In this document: one piece after another, positions 14,876 through 23,991 of the stretch | Numbering within the stretch: the first letter of the stretch is position 1 | How the letters are laid out: the number at the start of each line of letters is the position of its first letter | Origin: a virus | Taxonomy: Duplodnaviria; Caudoviricetes | DNA: 45,137 nt | Virus record (IMG/VR): IMGVR_UViG_3300049070_000098 | Location: 1-45,137 of that record | Reading direction: 5' to 3' (one strand) | Position numbers and translations under genes: made by a program | The notes under the pieces: generated by a model | Databases searched by the model: none | What the model saw: the letters and a program-made list of their open reading frames with translations, nothing else | What the model was told of the DNA's origin: nothing

Positions 14876-15463
14876 ATGACCGATGAAATTCTGCTAAATC
14901 CGTTAACCGGGACGCCCATCAGTGATGCGGACGTCCAATCCATTGCCGAACTAGCCCGTCAGCAGTATCGGCTAGAGAAGAGCATCGAACTTCTGGAGAA
15001 GAGCCTCAAGGAAAAGAAGGAGGAGCTTCTCAAGCTTCAAATGGTCCTCATCCCGGCGAGGATGGAGCAGGTCGGTATGCAGGAATTTACCCTCAAGGGT
15101 AAGGAGGTCATCGCCAAACTTCGGGTCGATGACTTCTATTCGGCGAAGATTTCGGAGGAGAACGAGCTCAATGCCTTCAAGTGGCTTCGAGACAATGGTC
15201 ACGCTGGGATAGTCAAGACGCAGGTCGTCTGTAACTACACCCAGAAGGAGCAGGATCAGGTCAAGCGCCTGTTGAGCATACTCAGACGGAATCGAATTGG
15301 ATTCGATAAGAAGGACTCCGTCCATTGGCAAACCCTGCGAGCCTTTGTTCGTGAGATGAAGGAGGGTGGGAAACACATCCCCGATGATTTGTTCGGGGTA
15401 TTCGTGGGGAAGAAGACGAAGTTGACGATACTTTATGAAGCAAACCAAGTCGCGAGCGCTTAG
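14876..15463 (+). CDS. Conserved phage replication-module protein (coiled coil plus WLR.NGH...VH..TL.AFVRE)
   Basis: Motif pattern typical of the gene preceding the SSB in PolA/UvrD/SNF2 phage modules. Confidence 0.7.
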   Translation: MTDEILLNPLTGTPISDADVQSIAELARQQYRLEKSIELLEKSLKEKKEELLKLQMVLIPARMEQVGMQEFTLKGKEVIAKLRVDDFYSAKISEENELNAFKWLRDNGHAGIVKTQVVCNYTQKEQDQVKRLLSILRRNRIGFDKKDSVHWQTLRAFVREMKEGGKHIPDDLFGVFVGKKTKLTILYEANQVASA

Positions 15464-16259
15464 CGCCGCACCGGCGCCTCAAGCGCCCGCACAAGCACCA
15501 GCCGTGGAATACGACTGGAGTCAGGCTCAGGTCACGGGGTTCGAACAAACGGACTCTTCGGATCTGGGGATACCATTCCTTATTATCCTCCAGAAGGGTA
15601 ATCCGGAAGTGGACAAGGCAAACCCGCAATACGCCCAGAAAAAGATTCCTGGCGCTGAGGTCGGGGACATTGCCAACACGCTCTCTCGTGAGGTCGTGTA
15701 TAAGTATGGTGGGGATCCGATGATTTTCATCCCGTGCTTCCACCAGAAGGCGTATGTTGAGTGGCGTCCACGAGACACGGGTGGTGGTATCGTGAACACG
15801 CACCTTGATGAGGGGGTGCTTCAGGGAACGAAGCGCAATGAGAAGAATCAGGACGTTCTTCCCAACGGGAATATCATCGTCACTACGAGCTATTTTTTCG
15901 GAATCATTCCAGGCTCGGATGATAACAAGAAGGCCGTGATTAGCCTCACATCCACCCAGCTGAAGAAGTCTAGGTCATGGCTCAACGTCATGATGAACCT
16001 CAAATTCACTGGTCCTCGTGGTCGCTACACACCACCCATGTTCTCGCACCAGTATGCGATCAGCACGGATCCGGAATCCAACGCGAAGGGAAGTTGGATG
16101 GGCTGGAAGATTGAGCTCGGGGATCCAGTTAAGACGATGACCCTCATCCAAGAGTCGCAGGAATTTGCACAGCAGATCGCCGCTGGTAAGCAGCGACTCG
16201 CCCTGCCTCCTGCGCAAGAAGACGACATACCGGTAGATTCGGCTGCGTCAAAGATGTAA
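15435..16259 (+). CDS. Probable ssDNA-binding / annealing protein
   Basis: GFE...DLGIPFL..LQ...P, aromatic-rich core, acidic C-terminal tail; position in the replication module. Confidence 0.6.
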   Translation: MKQTKSRALSAAPAPQAPAQAPAVEYDWSQAQVTGFEQTDSSDLGIPFLIILQKGNPEVDKANPQYAQKKIPGAEVGDIANTLSREVVYKYGGDPMIFIPCFHQKAYVEWRPRDTGGGIVNTHLDEGVLQGTKRNEKNQDVLPNGNIIVTTSYFFGIIPGSDDNKKAVISLTSTQLKKSRSWLNVMMNLKFTGPRGRYTPPMFSHQYAISTDPESNAKGSWMGWKIELGDPVKTMTLIQESQEFAQQIAAGKQRLALPPAQEDDIPVDSAASKM

Positions 16260-16264
16260 CTCCC

Positions 16265-16306
16265 AGCCCATGGCAGGACGAGCAACCCCTTGCCATGGGC
16301 TTCCTT
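16265..16306 (+). terminator. Terminator-like hairpin
   Basis: AGCCCATGGCAGG/CTTGCCATGGGCT stem directly after the stop codon. Confidence 0.6.
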
Positions 16307-16343
16307 AAGCCATGTGCCTATGATAGACGGGGCGTAACTAATC

Positions 16344-17864
16344 GTGCACACGTTAGCTGCGGAATTCATGAACCTATTCCTGGGCTACACGAAGGCATAC
16401 GGTGTGTATAAGCTTACTGGCAATGAGATTCCAGACGACACGGGCAAGATGAAGGGAGAAGCTTACACGATAAATCGCCCAGTTACAGTGCAGCTGATAA
16501 GTGAGCATTTGCGAGGAAAGCAGGGAATCGGGATCATTCCCATTAATGAGCAGAACCAGGTGAAATTCGCGGCACTCGACATAGACATATATCAGGGTTT
16601 CGACCTTGATGCGTTCAATCGCAGGGTCCTCGCGAGCAAGATTCCCCTATGCCTCTGCCGAACGAAGTCTGGCGGCGCACACCTGTTCCTCTTCATGCGA
16701 GACTTTGCTGACGCGGGACTCGTCCATAGGCGAATGCGTGAATTTGCAGCATACCTCGGATTTGGGAATTGCGAGATATTTCCAAAGAACACGAAGATTC
16801 TTGTCGAACGGGGCGATATGGGCCAGTGGATCAATCTCCCATACTTTGATGATGCGAAGACCCTTCGTTACGGTCTGGGTGACAAGTCGAAACCCCTGAG
16901 TCTTGAGAAGTTCATCGACTATGCTAAGTCACGGTCAGTAACGGTGGATGAACTAGTAGCGATTAGGCTGATCGACGAACGCCTCGAGGGTGGTCCACCA
17001 TGCTTGCAACACTTGCTATCCCAGGGGTTTCCTAAGGGAACTCGTAACAATGGGTTGTTCAATTTGGCGGTATATGCCAGGAAGGCGCAGCCCGATAACT
17101 GGCAGAAGCTGGTGGAAGACTTCAATGCGAATTATATGGACCCGCCACTAACCTCTGAGGAGGTTCTGGGCGTAATCAAGTCGGCGGGTAGGAAGGACTA
17201 TGCGTATACTTGTAAGCAGTCCCCGATTCAGCAGTATTGTAACGCCGCTAAGTGTCGAGGATGCAAGTTTGGCGTGGGGAATAACTCGCTTGGAATGCCC
17301 AAGTTTGGAACCCTCACGAAGCTCAGAACTTCACCTCCCATCTGGTTCCTGGAGGTTGAGGGTGGTGGCAGGCTGGAACTATCCACCGATGATCTTCAAT
17401 CCCCAATGCATTTTCAGAATCGATGCATGGAAGCCCTCAACATCATGCCAGCTATTCCTAAGCGTGAGACTTGGCAGGAATTGGTGGCGGGGCTTCTTGC
17501 GGACGTCCTCATCATTGACGTGCCTGCCGAAGTTACTCCTGAGGGACAGCTCAAGGGATTACTCGAAGAGTTCTGCACTTCTCGTGTGGCTGGCAAGACC
17601 CACGACGATCTACTCCTAGGTAAACCCTGGACGAACAATGGTGCGACCTACTTCAGGTTTCGGGACTTCTTGGACTACCTGTCTAGGCAAGGCTTTAAGG
17701 ACATGAAGGCGAATCGAATCGCCATGTATCTTCGGGACTGGGGTGCGGATAAGGACTTCTTCAACATCAAGGGCAAGGGAGTGAACGTCTACGTAGTCAA
17801 GGAATTTAAGCGCCAATCGGAAGGATTCGATGTCCCGAAGATAGGCGGGGAGGTGTCATTCTAA
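16344..17864 (+). CDS. Archaeo-eukaryotic primase (prim-pol type) with PriCT-like domain
   Basis: HLRG..GIGIIP, LDID, TKSGGAHLF, INLPY, PPCL and GTRNNGLF motifs. Confidence 0.85.
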   Translation: MHTLAAEFMNLFLGYTKAYGVYKLTGNEIPDDTGKMKGEAYTINRPVTVQLISEHLRGKQGIGIIPINEQNQVKFAALDIDIYQGFDLDAFNRRVLASKIPLCLCRTKSGGAHLFLFMRDFADAGLVHRRMREFAAYLGFGNCEIFPKNTKILVERGDMGQWINLPYFDDAKTLRYGLGDKSKPLSLEKFIDYAKSRSVTVDELVAIRLIDERLEGGPPCLQHLLSQGFPKGTRNNGLFNLAVYARKAQPDNWQKLVEDFNANYMDPPLTSEEVLGVIKSAGRKDYAYTCKQSPIQQYCNAAKCRGCKFGVGNNSLGMPKFGTLTKLRTSPPIWFLEVEGGGRLELSTDDLQSPMHFQNRCMEALNIMPAIPKRETWQELVAGLLADVLIIDVPAEVTPEGQLKGLLEEFCTSRVAGKTHDDLLLGKPWTNNGATYFRFRDFLDYLSRQGFKDMKANRIAMYLRDWGADKDFFNIKGKGVNVYVVKEFKRQSEGFDVPKIGGEVSF

Positions 17865-18127
17865 TGAAGACGACCAAGAAGCCAAGGAAGTTCATCTGTG
17901 GCACCTATAGATCATACCAATGCTACTGCATGAACAATAAGATCAGCATGAAGGAAGTTCCCTGGCTTTCTCGTGCTCAGCAACTTCAGGGCCTGCATGG
18001 GGACATGGAGGTCGTGTTCTTGCAAGGGCATAGGCAGCTTGATGAGATATTCCAGATATATGAGCTACTACGAAAGATCGCAGCCACAGGAGCTGAGATG
18101 ACATACAAATATGAGCCAAAATACTAG
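17864..18127 (+). CDS. Hypothetical protein
   Basis: TAATG coupling to the primase. Confidence 0.6.
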   Translation: MKTTKKPRKFICGTYRSYQCYCMNNKISMKEVPWLSRAQQLQGLHGDMEVVFLQGHRQLDEIFQIYELLRKIAATGAEMTYKYEPKY

Positions 18128-18584
18128 CGCGGTAATCTTCATGCAAAACCCCTGGTTCAAGCCGGGGACAAAGCAACGATACATTGACATGTATCGACAC
18201 GACCAGGACTTTCATCGAAGAATCCTTGCGATGTGTATGAGCGGTAAACGCCTGATGCAGGCATTCGGACACCTCTACGAGGAGGTTTGGTGGGATAACG
18301 CAAATCCAGAACCTGTATTCAAGGCGAGTGGAAGACAGGATCCGGACATATACCACATGATGTCCGTGATTACGCGGCTGGCCCCAAAGGTGGTCGTGAC
18401 TATGGGCGGACAAGCCTACGAAGGCATGCAGAGGATTGAGAGGATGGAGCATGAGATTCGCCTGCCACAGTATGTTCGCATGCATTGCCACCACCCAAAC
18501 GCCAGGCATCGGACTCAGTTGGACCTCGATACTTTCGCAAAACAATTGCGAGAAAGGATTTGTGAGCTTAGCGGAAAAAACTAG
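18111..18584 (+). CDS. Uracil-DNA glycosylase superfamily-like protein
   Basis: FMQNP (motif A-like), SGKRL, VVVTMGGQA and HHPNAR (motif B-like). Confidence 0.6.
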   Translation: MSQNTSAVIFMQNPWFKPGTKQRYIDMYRHDQDFHRRILAMCMSGKRLMQAFGHLYEEVWWDNANPEPVFKASGRQDPDIYHMMSVITRLAPKVVVTMGGQAYEGMQRIERMEHEIRLPQYVRMHCHHPNARHRTQLDLDTFAKQLRERICELSGKN

Positions 18585-20082
18585 ACTAGTCGTTGGTCCG
18601 CCTGGAACTGGCAAGACCACGGAACTCCTCAGGCGCGTTGATGAGATGCTTGGTCGTGGAGTTCCTCCAGAAGATATTGCCTTCATTGCCTTCACGAGGA
18701 AGGCGGCGAATGAGGCAAAGCATCGGGCCATGGAGAAGTTTCGATTCACTTCAGAACAGCTCCCATGGTTCAGGACCCTGCACAGTCTCGCGTTCAATAG
18801 GCTCGGGATTCAACGAACACAGGTGCTTGGAGTTAAGGACTATATCGCCATCTGTGGACCCCTTGGTTTGCACATAACGCTCAAGGGGATCAACGAAGAT
18901 GGGACCCTATCCGGGCTCAGTAAGGGGGATCGATTACTATTCACTGAGATGATGGCCCGCGCTAGAATGTGCCCGCTTAAGGAGTATTGGGAAATGCTGC
19001 CTAACGAGGATATATACTGGTGGGAACTAGAGCGGCTTGAACGAACCATCAAGCAATACAAGGAATCGCAGGGCAAGATCGATTTCATCGACATGATTTA
19101 TCGATTCTGTGAGGCTGGGCAAATGCCTAACTACGAAGCTCTCATCGTGGATGAAGCTCAGGACCTCTCAACGGTTCAGTGGAAGATGGTCTCTCGACTA
19201 GCATTCAAGGCGAAGGAGGTTCACATAGCGGGAGATGATGACCAGGCAATCTTTAGGTGGGCTGGCGCAGATGTTGAGGCATTTCAGGAATATCCGCACA
19301 ATGATATGCTTGTCCTCCCCCAGAGTTATCGCGTTCCTAAGAAGGTCCAAGAGATTGCGGACGTGATCATTGGTCGCGTTGACTCACGAATACCCAAGGC
19401 CTGGGCTCCGAGGGATGTTGATGGTGAGGTCCACTACGTTCGAACCCTTGACGACATCGACATGTCTACTGGGACGTGGCTACTTCTTGGTAGGAACATA
19501 TACCTGCTACAAGAATATAACAGCTTCTGCATACGAGCGGGCTGGGTGTTCGAGTCCGTGCTAGGATCTCCCGTCAAGCCGTCAACCATCGAGGCTATTC
19601 GCATGTGGGAGAATCTTAGGAAGGGGAACCACATATCGATCGCCTCCGCCAAGAAGGTCTATGACTTCATGTCAGTCAAGGTGGGCGTTGCCTATGGGTC
19701 CAAGACGAAGCTGGATCGAACACCAGAGGATCAGCAGGTGTGTCTCCAGGATTTACGAACCAATTACGGATTACTCACTGAGGCTATTTGGCACGAGGCC
19801 TTCGATAGAATACCTGTCGAGGAACGTCAATACTTCATAGCCGCACTAAAGAACGGTGAGAAGCTGTTAAAGGAGCCCCGCATCAAGATCAACACCATCC
19901 ATGGCGTCAAGGGTGGTGAGGCAGACAACGTCGTGATCTTTACCGATATGGCCCAGCGGACATTTCGTGAATACCACCAAACCCCTGATGACGAGCACAG
20001 GGTTTGGTATGTTGGAGTAACAAGGGCTCGGGAACGGCTCTTCATAGTGGAGCCCAAGACGCAGATGAATTATGCGATATGA
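18562..20082 (+). CDS. SF1 UvrD/Rep-like DNA helicase
   Basis: GPPGTGKT, FTRKAA, RTLHS, VDEAQD, GDDDQAIF, QSYR, TIHGVKGGEAD and YVGVTRAR; GTG 18562 with AAAGGA SD. Confidence 0.95.
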   Translation: MSLAEKTRLVVGPPGTGKTTELLRRVDEMLGRGVPPEDIAFIAFTRKAANEAKHRAMEKFRFTSEQLPWFRTLHSLAFNRLGIQRTQVLGVKDYIAICGPLGLHITLKGINEDGTLSGLSKGDRLLFTEMMARARMCPLKEYWEMLPNEDIYWWELERLERTIKQYKESQGKIDFIDMIYRFCEAGQMPNYEALIVDEAQDLSTVQWKMVSRLAFKAKEVHIAGDDDQAIFRWAGADVEAFQEYPHNDMLVLPQSYRVPKKVQEIADVIIGRVDSRIPKAWAPRDVDGEVHYVRTLDDIDMSTGTWLLLGRNIYLLQEYNSFCIRAGWVFESVLGSPVKPSTIEAIRMWENLRKGNHISIASAKKVYDFMSVKVGVAYGSKTKLDRTPEDQQVCLQDLRTNYGLLTEAIWHEAFDRIPVEERQYFIAALKNGEKLLKEPRIKINTIHGVKGGEADNVVIFTDMAQRTFREYHQTPDDEHRVWYVGVTRARERLFIVEPKTQMNYAI

Positions 20083-20288
20083 GCAGAGGAATGCTTGAAG
20101 ACACTGATCCGATGCCCTTCGGGGCACATAAGGATAAGCCAATGCAGGATGTTCCTGCGTCCTACTTCCATTACCTGTGGACGAATGGGATGAGTGAGAA
20201 GGTCCGCACAAGTCCAGTGGCGGCCTACATTCATCGTAATCTAGCAGCGCTTAAGAAGGAATACCCCGATGGGATCTGGAATGGCTGA
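20079..20288 (+). CDS. DUF3820-like small protein
   Basis: MPFGAHKDKPMQDVPASYFHYL motif; ATGA coupling. Confidence 0.75.
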   Translation: MSRGMLEDTDPMPFGAHKDKPMQDVPASYFHYLWTNGMSEKVRTSPVAAYIHRNLAALKKEYPDGIWNG

Positions 20289-20607
20289 CCTATCGAAATA
20301 CCTCAGTCCCACAGTTCGGACCATGTTGATCGGGGGACCAGCTCATGGAAGGACGCATGAGAGGCGACGCAATGATTTAGTCATACATACCTGTCATTCA
20401 CCACCTCTCGCATTTGTGGAATATTGCCTGGGAGAGACCATCCAGCACAACACCTACTTCGTGAAGACGATTAGACTGGGAGGCGTTGAGATTCAGCTCG
20501 CAATATTTGAGAAGCTTCTTGATGAGCATGGCTGCGTGAAATCTTGCGACCTCATCTTGGAACTTATGACTGAGGCTTGCCTAAGATCGGAGGATGATGA
20601 TGATTGA
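20281..20607 (+). CDS. Hypothetical protein
   Basis: LIGGPAHG motif common in small phage proteins. Confidence 0.6.
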   Translation: MADLSKYLSPTVRTMLIGGPAHGRTHERRRNDLVIHTCHSPPLAFVEYCLGETIQHNTYFVKTIRLGGVEIQLAIFEKLLDEHGCVKSCDLILELMTEACLRSEDDDD

Positions 20608-20902
20608 TGACGCTGCAGATCCCATAAGAAAGGTAACTGAACGAACCTTCGTTGCTGATAAGCATCAAGGTAGGAGTGAATTAGGGATGCGACCCATAAT
20701 GTGTAGAACCTGTATCTTTTGGGAACAGGGGCCTCACCCGGCAAGGGGTGAATGCAGGCGCCATAGCCCTCCACACGCTGAAACGGACTTTAAGCACTGG
20801 TGTGGGGATTGGGTAGCAAACGACTATTCAATTAGCCTTGAGATGGTCCTTAGGGATTCGGGTTTGAAACCTAGTGACAATCTAGGTAAACCACAGGCAT
20901 AA
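20594..20902 (+). CDS. Cys-rich small protein (CxxC...GECRR.P...WCGDW)
   Basis: Recurrent phage Zn-binding motif. Confidence 0.6.
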   Translation: MMMIDDAADPIRKVTERTFVADKHQGRSELGMRPIMCRTCIFWEQGPHPARGECRRHSPPHAETDFKHWCGDWVANDYSISLEMVLRDSGLKPSDNLGKPQA

Positions 20903-20907
20903 TAGCC

Positions 20908-22386
20908 ATGATAAAAGACATTGACAAATTTGGCCCGACGTTATCGGTCCTTGAGCCCTACCACCACCAATCTGAGGCGCTCGCCCTCACCTGGAATCTC
21001 GAATACTATGGCTTCTTCTGGGAGATGGGCACTGGCAAAAGTAAGCCGATCATAGATACGGCGGCGCGCCTCTTTTCCAAGTGTGAGATCGACGGCCTAC
21101 TGATCTTTTCGGATAAGGGACAGTATCTGAGCTGGTTCTATGAGGAGGTGGTTAAGAACTTGCCTCCAAATATCCCGCATAGGTTGGCATACTGGGGCTC
21201 AAGCATGCCGACCAAGGATGCGAAGGTTGTTGATGAGATGCTTGTCGCTCAGGACGACTGCCTCGACATCCTGTGCATGAACACGGAGTCACTCGCCTTT
21301 GAGCGGGGCTTTGGTGTTGCGAATAGGTTCGTGAGGAGCCACTACACCATGACCGTGATCGATGAGGCGACAAGCATCAAGAATCCCAAGTCCAAGCGCT
21401 GGAAGGGGGCGATGGCTATTGGGAAGTTATCGGATTATCGCCGGGTCTTGACGGGAACACCTATGACACAGGGACCACTCGACCTGTGGGCCATCTGCGA
21501 ATTCCTCAAGCCGGGACGCCTGGGGTTCCAGACATTTTCCGAGTATCGTGCCCACATTGCGGATAAGATAATACAAATACCCATAGGTCGATTCACCCTC
21601 GAAAAGATCGTTAAGTATCGGAACCTGGATCGAATAAGTGAGATCATGCGAGGATTCACTTCCAGGGTCACTAAGGCTGAGTGCCTCGACCTTCCCGCTA
21701 AGGTATACGAGGTCCTTTACGTCGATATGAGTAAGGAGCAGCGCGAGGCCTATGAGCGCCTCGAGACTGAGGCGATCCTCCTCCTGAAGCAGGGAATGGT
21801 CACTGCGATCAATGGCCTCGTCCTCCTCACTAAGCTCCATCAGGTCTGCCAGGGTCACGTCAAGTCCGATGACGGTCAGCCAATACGCCTTGAGAACGCC
21901 AAGATGGGCGCGCTCATAGATCTGGTGGAACGAATTGGGAAGAAGTGCCTGATCTGGTGTGCCTTCCAGGAAGAGGTGCGCTGGATCAAAGAAACCCTGA
22001 ATGAGCACTTTAAGGAGGAGGGGTGGTATGCTATCGACTACTATGGGGAAACGACAAATCAGGCGAGGGTAGAGAACAAGGAATTCTTCCTGAGGGACCC
22101 AAATTGTCTGTGGTGGGTTGGGACCGCGGGTGTTGGTGGCAAGGGACTGAATCTTACGGTCGCCTCACACGCGATCTATTATTCGAACAGCTTCAAGCTT
22201 GAGCATAGGCTCCAGTCTGAGGATCGTGATCATCGAATCGGACAGACGGAGAAGTGCACCTACTATGACCTAGTCTGCAGGGACACGGTTGATCTCCGGG
22301 TAATGAAGGCCCTCAAGGACAAGAAGGATGTAGCGACCGAAATGCTCGATACTACTCGCCTCTTGCGGATGATCCAGGGCGCTTAA
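20908..22386 (+). CDS. SNF2-family (SF2) helicase
   Basis: EMGTGKS, IDEAT, LTGTP, GLNLT and QSEDRDHRIGQ. Confidence 0.93.
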   Translation: MIKDIDKFGPTLSVLEPYHHQSEALALTWNLEYYGFFWEMGTGKSKPIIDTAARLFSKCEIDGLLIFSDKGQYLSWFYEEVVKNLPPNIPHRLAYWGSSMPTKDAKVVDEMLVAQDDCLDILCMNTESLAFERGFGVANRFVRSHYTMTVIDEATSIKNPKSKRWKGAMAIGKLSDYRRVLTGTPMTQGPLDLWAICEFLKPGRLGFQTFSEYRAHIADKIIQIPIGRFTLEKIVKYRNLDRISEIMRGFTSRVTKAECLDLPAKVYEVLYVDMSKEQREAYERLETEAILLLKQGMVTAINGLVLLTKLHQVCQGHVKSDDGQPIRLENAKMGALIDLVERIGKKCLIWCAFQEEVRWIKETLNEHFKEEGWYAIDYYGETTNQARVENKEFFLRDPNCLWWVGTAGVGGKGLNLTVASHAIYYSNSFKLEHRLQSEDRDHRIGQTEKCTYYDLVCRDTVDLRVMKALKDKKDVATEMLDTTRLLRMIQGA

Positions 22387-22639
22387 GCTTGAGGTTATCG
22401 ATTTCGAACTCAGCCCTCGTCAGGCGCTTATCAATGTCCTGTGAGAGTCGCGATCCATGCGTCGTGAGCTCATCCATCTTGATGTTTATCGCCGCGTGAC
22501 TAACCACGAGAGTGTCAAGCTTCGACTGGACCGTAGCTGCCCACCAAATGCTTGCCGATAAAACGGTCAAGCAACCGGTGACGGCGAGAGAAGCCCATAT
22601 CAGTGGAACCCGAGTCTTTTCAGTTATCTCGTTTGGCAT
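22352..22639 (-). CDS. Single-TM coiled-coil membrane protein (holin/spanin-like)
   Basis: N-terminal TM helix plus coiled coil; last gene of the late arm. Confidence 0.5.
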   Translation of the reverse strand: MPNEITEKTRVPLIWASLAVTGCLTVLSASIWWAATVQSKLDTLVVSHAAINIKMDELTTHGSRLSQDIDKRLTRAEFEIDNLKLKRPGSSARGE

Positions 22640-22647
22640 ATGCTAAA

Positions 22648-22678
22648 TCCCTACTGTGGGCGCTCACCCCAGTAGGGA
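22648..22678 (-). terminator. Hairpin between the fibre gene and the membrane-protein gene
   Basis: TCCCTACTG/CAGTAGGGA stem. Confidence 0.45.
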
Positions 22679-22683
22679 AATTG

Positions 22684-23991
22684 TTACGTATAAAGGGCGC
22701 TAACGACAAGAGCTTCGCCTTGAATCGTTACATTTACGTGGGGAGCGCGGTTCGTGCCACTACCCAGGTTCTGGACGTTCTGTGCTGCTCCAGCATAGAC
22801 ACCGTCCGCAAGGGCTGGCGCAATAAGCATGCTTCCCACCAGCTGTAGGCCAGCGCCTGAAACCTCAACTGGCCTGTTAGTGGCAGAGTTGGTATTGCTC
22901 GTGTCGATACGTCCAGAGAATCGGAGTGTTCCACCACTGTGAACAATCCCCTTACCGTTAGTAATCTTTGCACGCGCGACTTGAACGTCGTGCGTTCCGC
23001 CAGAGCACTCTATAAGGTGCGTGGTTCCGGTATTTTCGAGGTGCAACATTCGAATGATGGCATTTCCACCTGTGAGAAGTATATTGGCGTGGGAAGATGA
23101 CGTGATCTTTTGGCCACGCATCCAGAATTCACCAGTTTGCACGAGGCAGCCAATATATTGGGTGGAGTCAATCTTTTCGACGCCTTCAATGTAAAGCTTT
23201 CCACCATTTCCAGTGAACTGCACCGCTGAAAAGGACGAATTGTTTATGATCTGGTGTGGCTTAATCCAGGTCGCCCAGGTGGTTCCTCCAGAAGTGCTTG
23301 TTACTTCAACTGGAGACCTGTGCCTTGAGCGGAGCACGTTCGCGTTAACATAGAGGTTTGTTGTGCCGGCTGCAACTGGCTCGACGCACCACACGGCGTA
23401 ATACTGCCCCCAGATAATGTTAGCATTAACGTGACACTCACCCTTCTCCCAATAGACGCCAAGGACGTAAGAATTTGCGTCTTCCGGATCAGGAGTATCG
23501 AGCGTGTCAACGTGGAATTCAGAGTATTTGCAGTTCAGGACAGCAATGGCTGCGACTGAAACTCCATCATTGGCTCCCAGGTCATTGGCCCTGATGCGTC
23601 GCGCACTAACGTAACACATACTGTTGGCATTATTTAGGCGAATCACGCCCTTGTGCGGAGCTCCTGCGTGGCCAAAAGAAAACTGGATGTCCCCCTCCCC
23701 ACTTACTCGAAATTCCATGGCGGTTCCCTCATCATCGAATAGGCCCACGGGGTTAGCTCCGCTATTACTGCCCTGGATGACCACTCCGCCGTATAAGTGC
23801 CAAGATACCTGGTTCTTAGCGAGATTGGCGTCAGTGACGATATGTGTGCCATCCACTACATGGATCACATCCCCCGCACTAGCTGCATCACGAGCACGAG
23901 TAAGCGAGGTGAACTGCCCTGCTCCAGATAGGCTGACATAGATGCGACGCTGCAATGCAGACAGGGGTGGCAGTTGTATTGGTGTGTTCAT
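22684..23991 (-). CDS. Beta-helix (pectin-lyase-like) spike/fibre protein
   Basis: IYVS..GAGQFTSL..A.DAA..GDVIHV..GTH beta-helix cap; Gly/Asn/Ile-rich repeats. Confidence 0.7.
   Translation of the reverse strand: MNTPIQLPPLSALQRRIYVSLSGAGQFTSLTRARDAASAGDVIHVVDGTHIVTDANLAKNQVSWHLYGGVVIQGSNSGANPVGLFDDEGTAMEFRVSGEGDIQFSFGHAGAPHKGVIRLNNANSMCYVSARRIRANDLGANDGVSVAAIAVLNCKYSEFHVDTLDTPDPEDANSYVLGVYWEKGECHVNANIIWGQYYAVWCVEPVAAGTTNLYVNANVLRSRHRSPVEVTSTSGGTTWATWIKPHQIINNSSFSAVQFTGNGGKLYIEGVEKIDSTQYIGCLVQTGEFWMRGQKITSSSHANILLTGGNAIIRMLHLENTGTTHLIECSGGTHDVQVARAKITNGKGIVHSGGTLRFSGRIDTSNTNSATNRPVEVSGAGLQLVGSMLIAPALADGVYAGAAQNVQNLGSGTNRAPHVNVTIQGEALVVSALYT

Noticed and set aside
17943-18797. Long antisense ORFs (for example 17943..18797, 32397..33275, 25680..26396, 41522..42169)
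   Set aside because: Shadows of well-supported genes on the opposite strand, with no motifs or start signals
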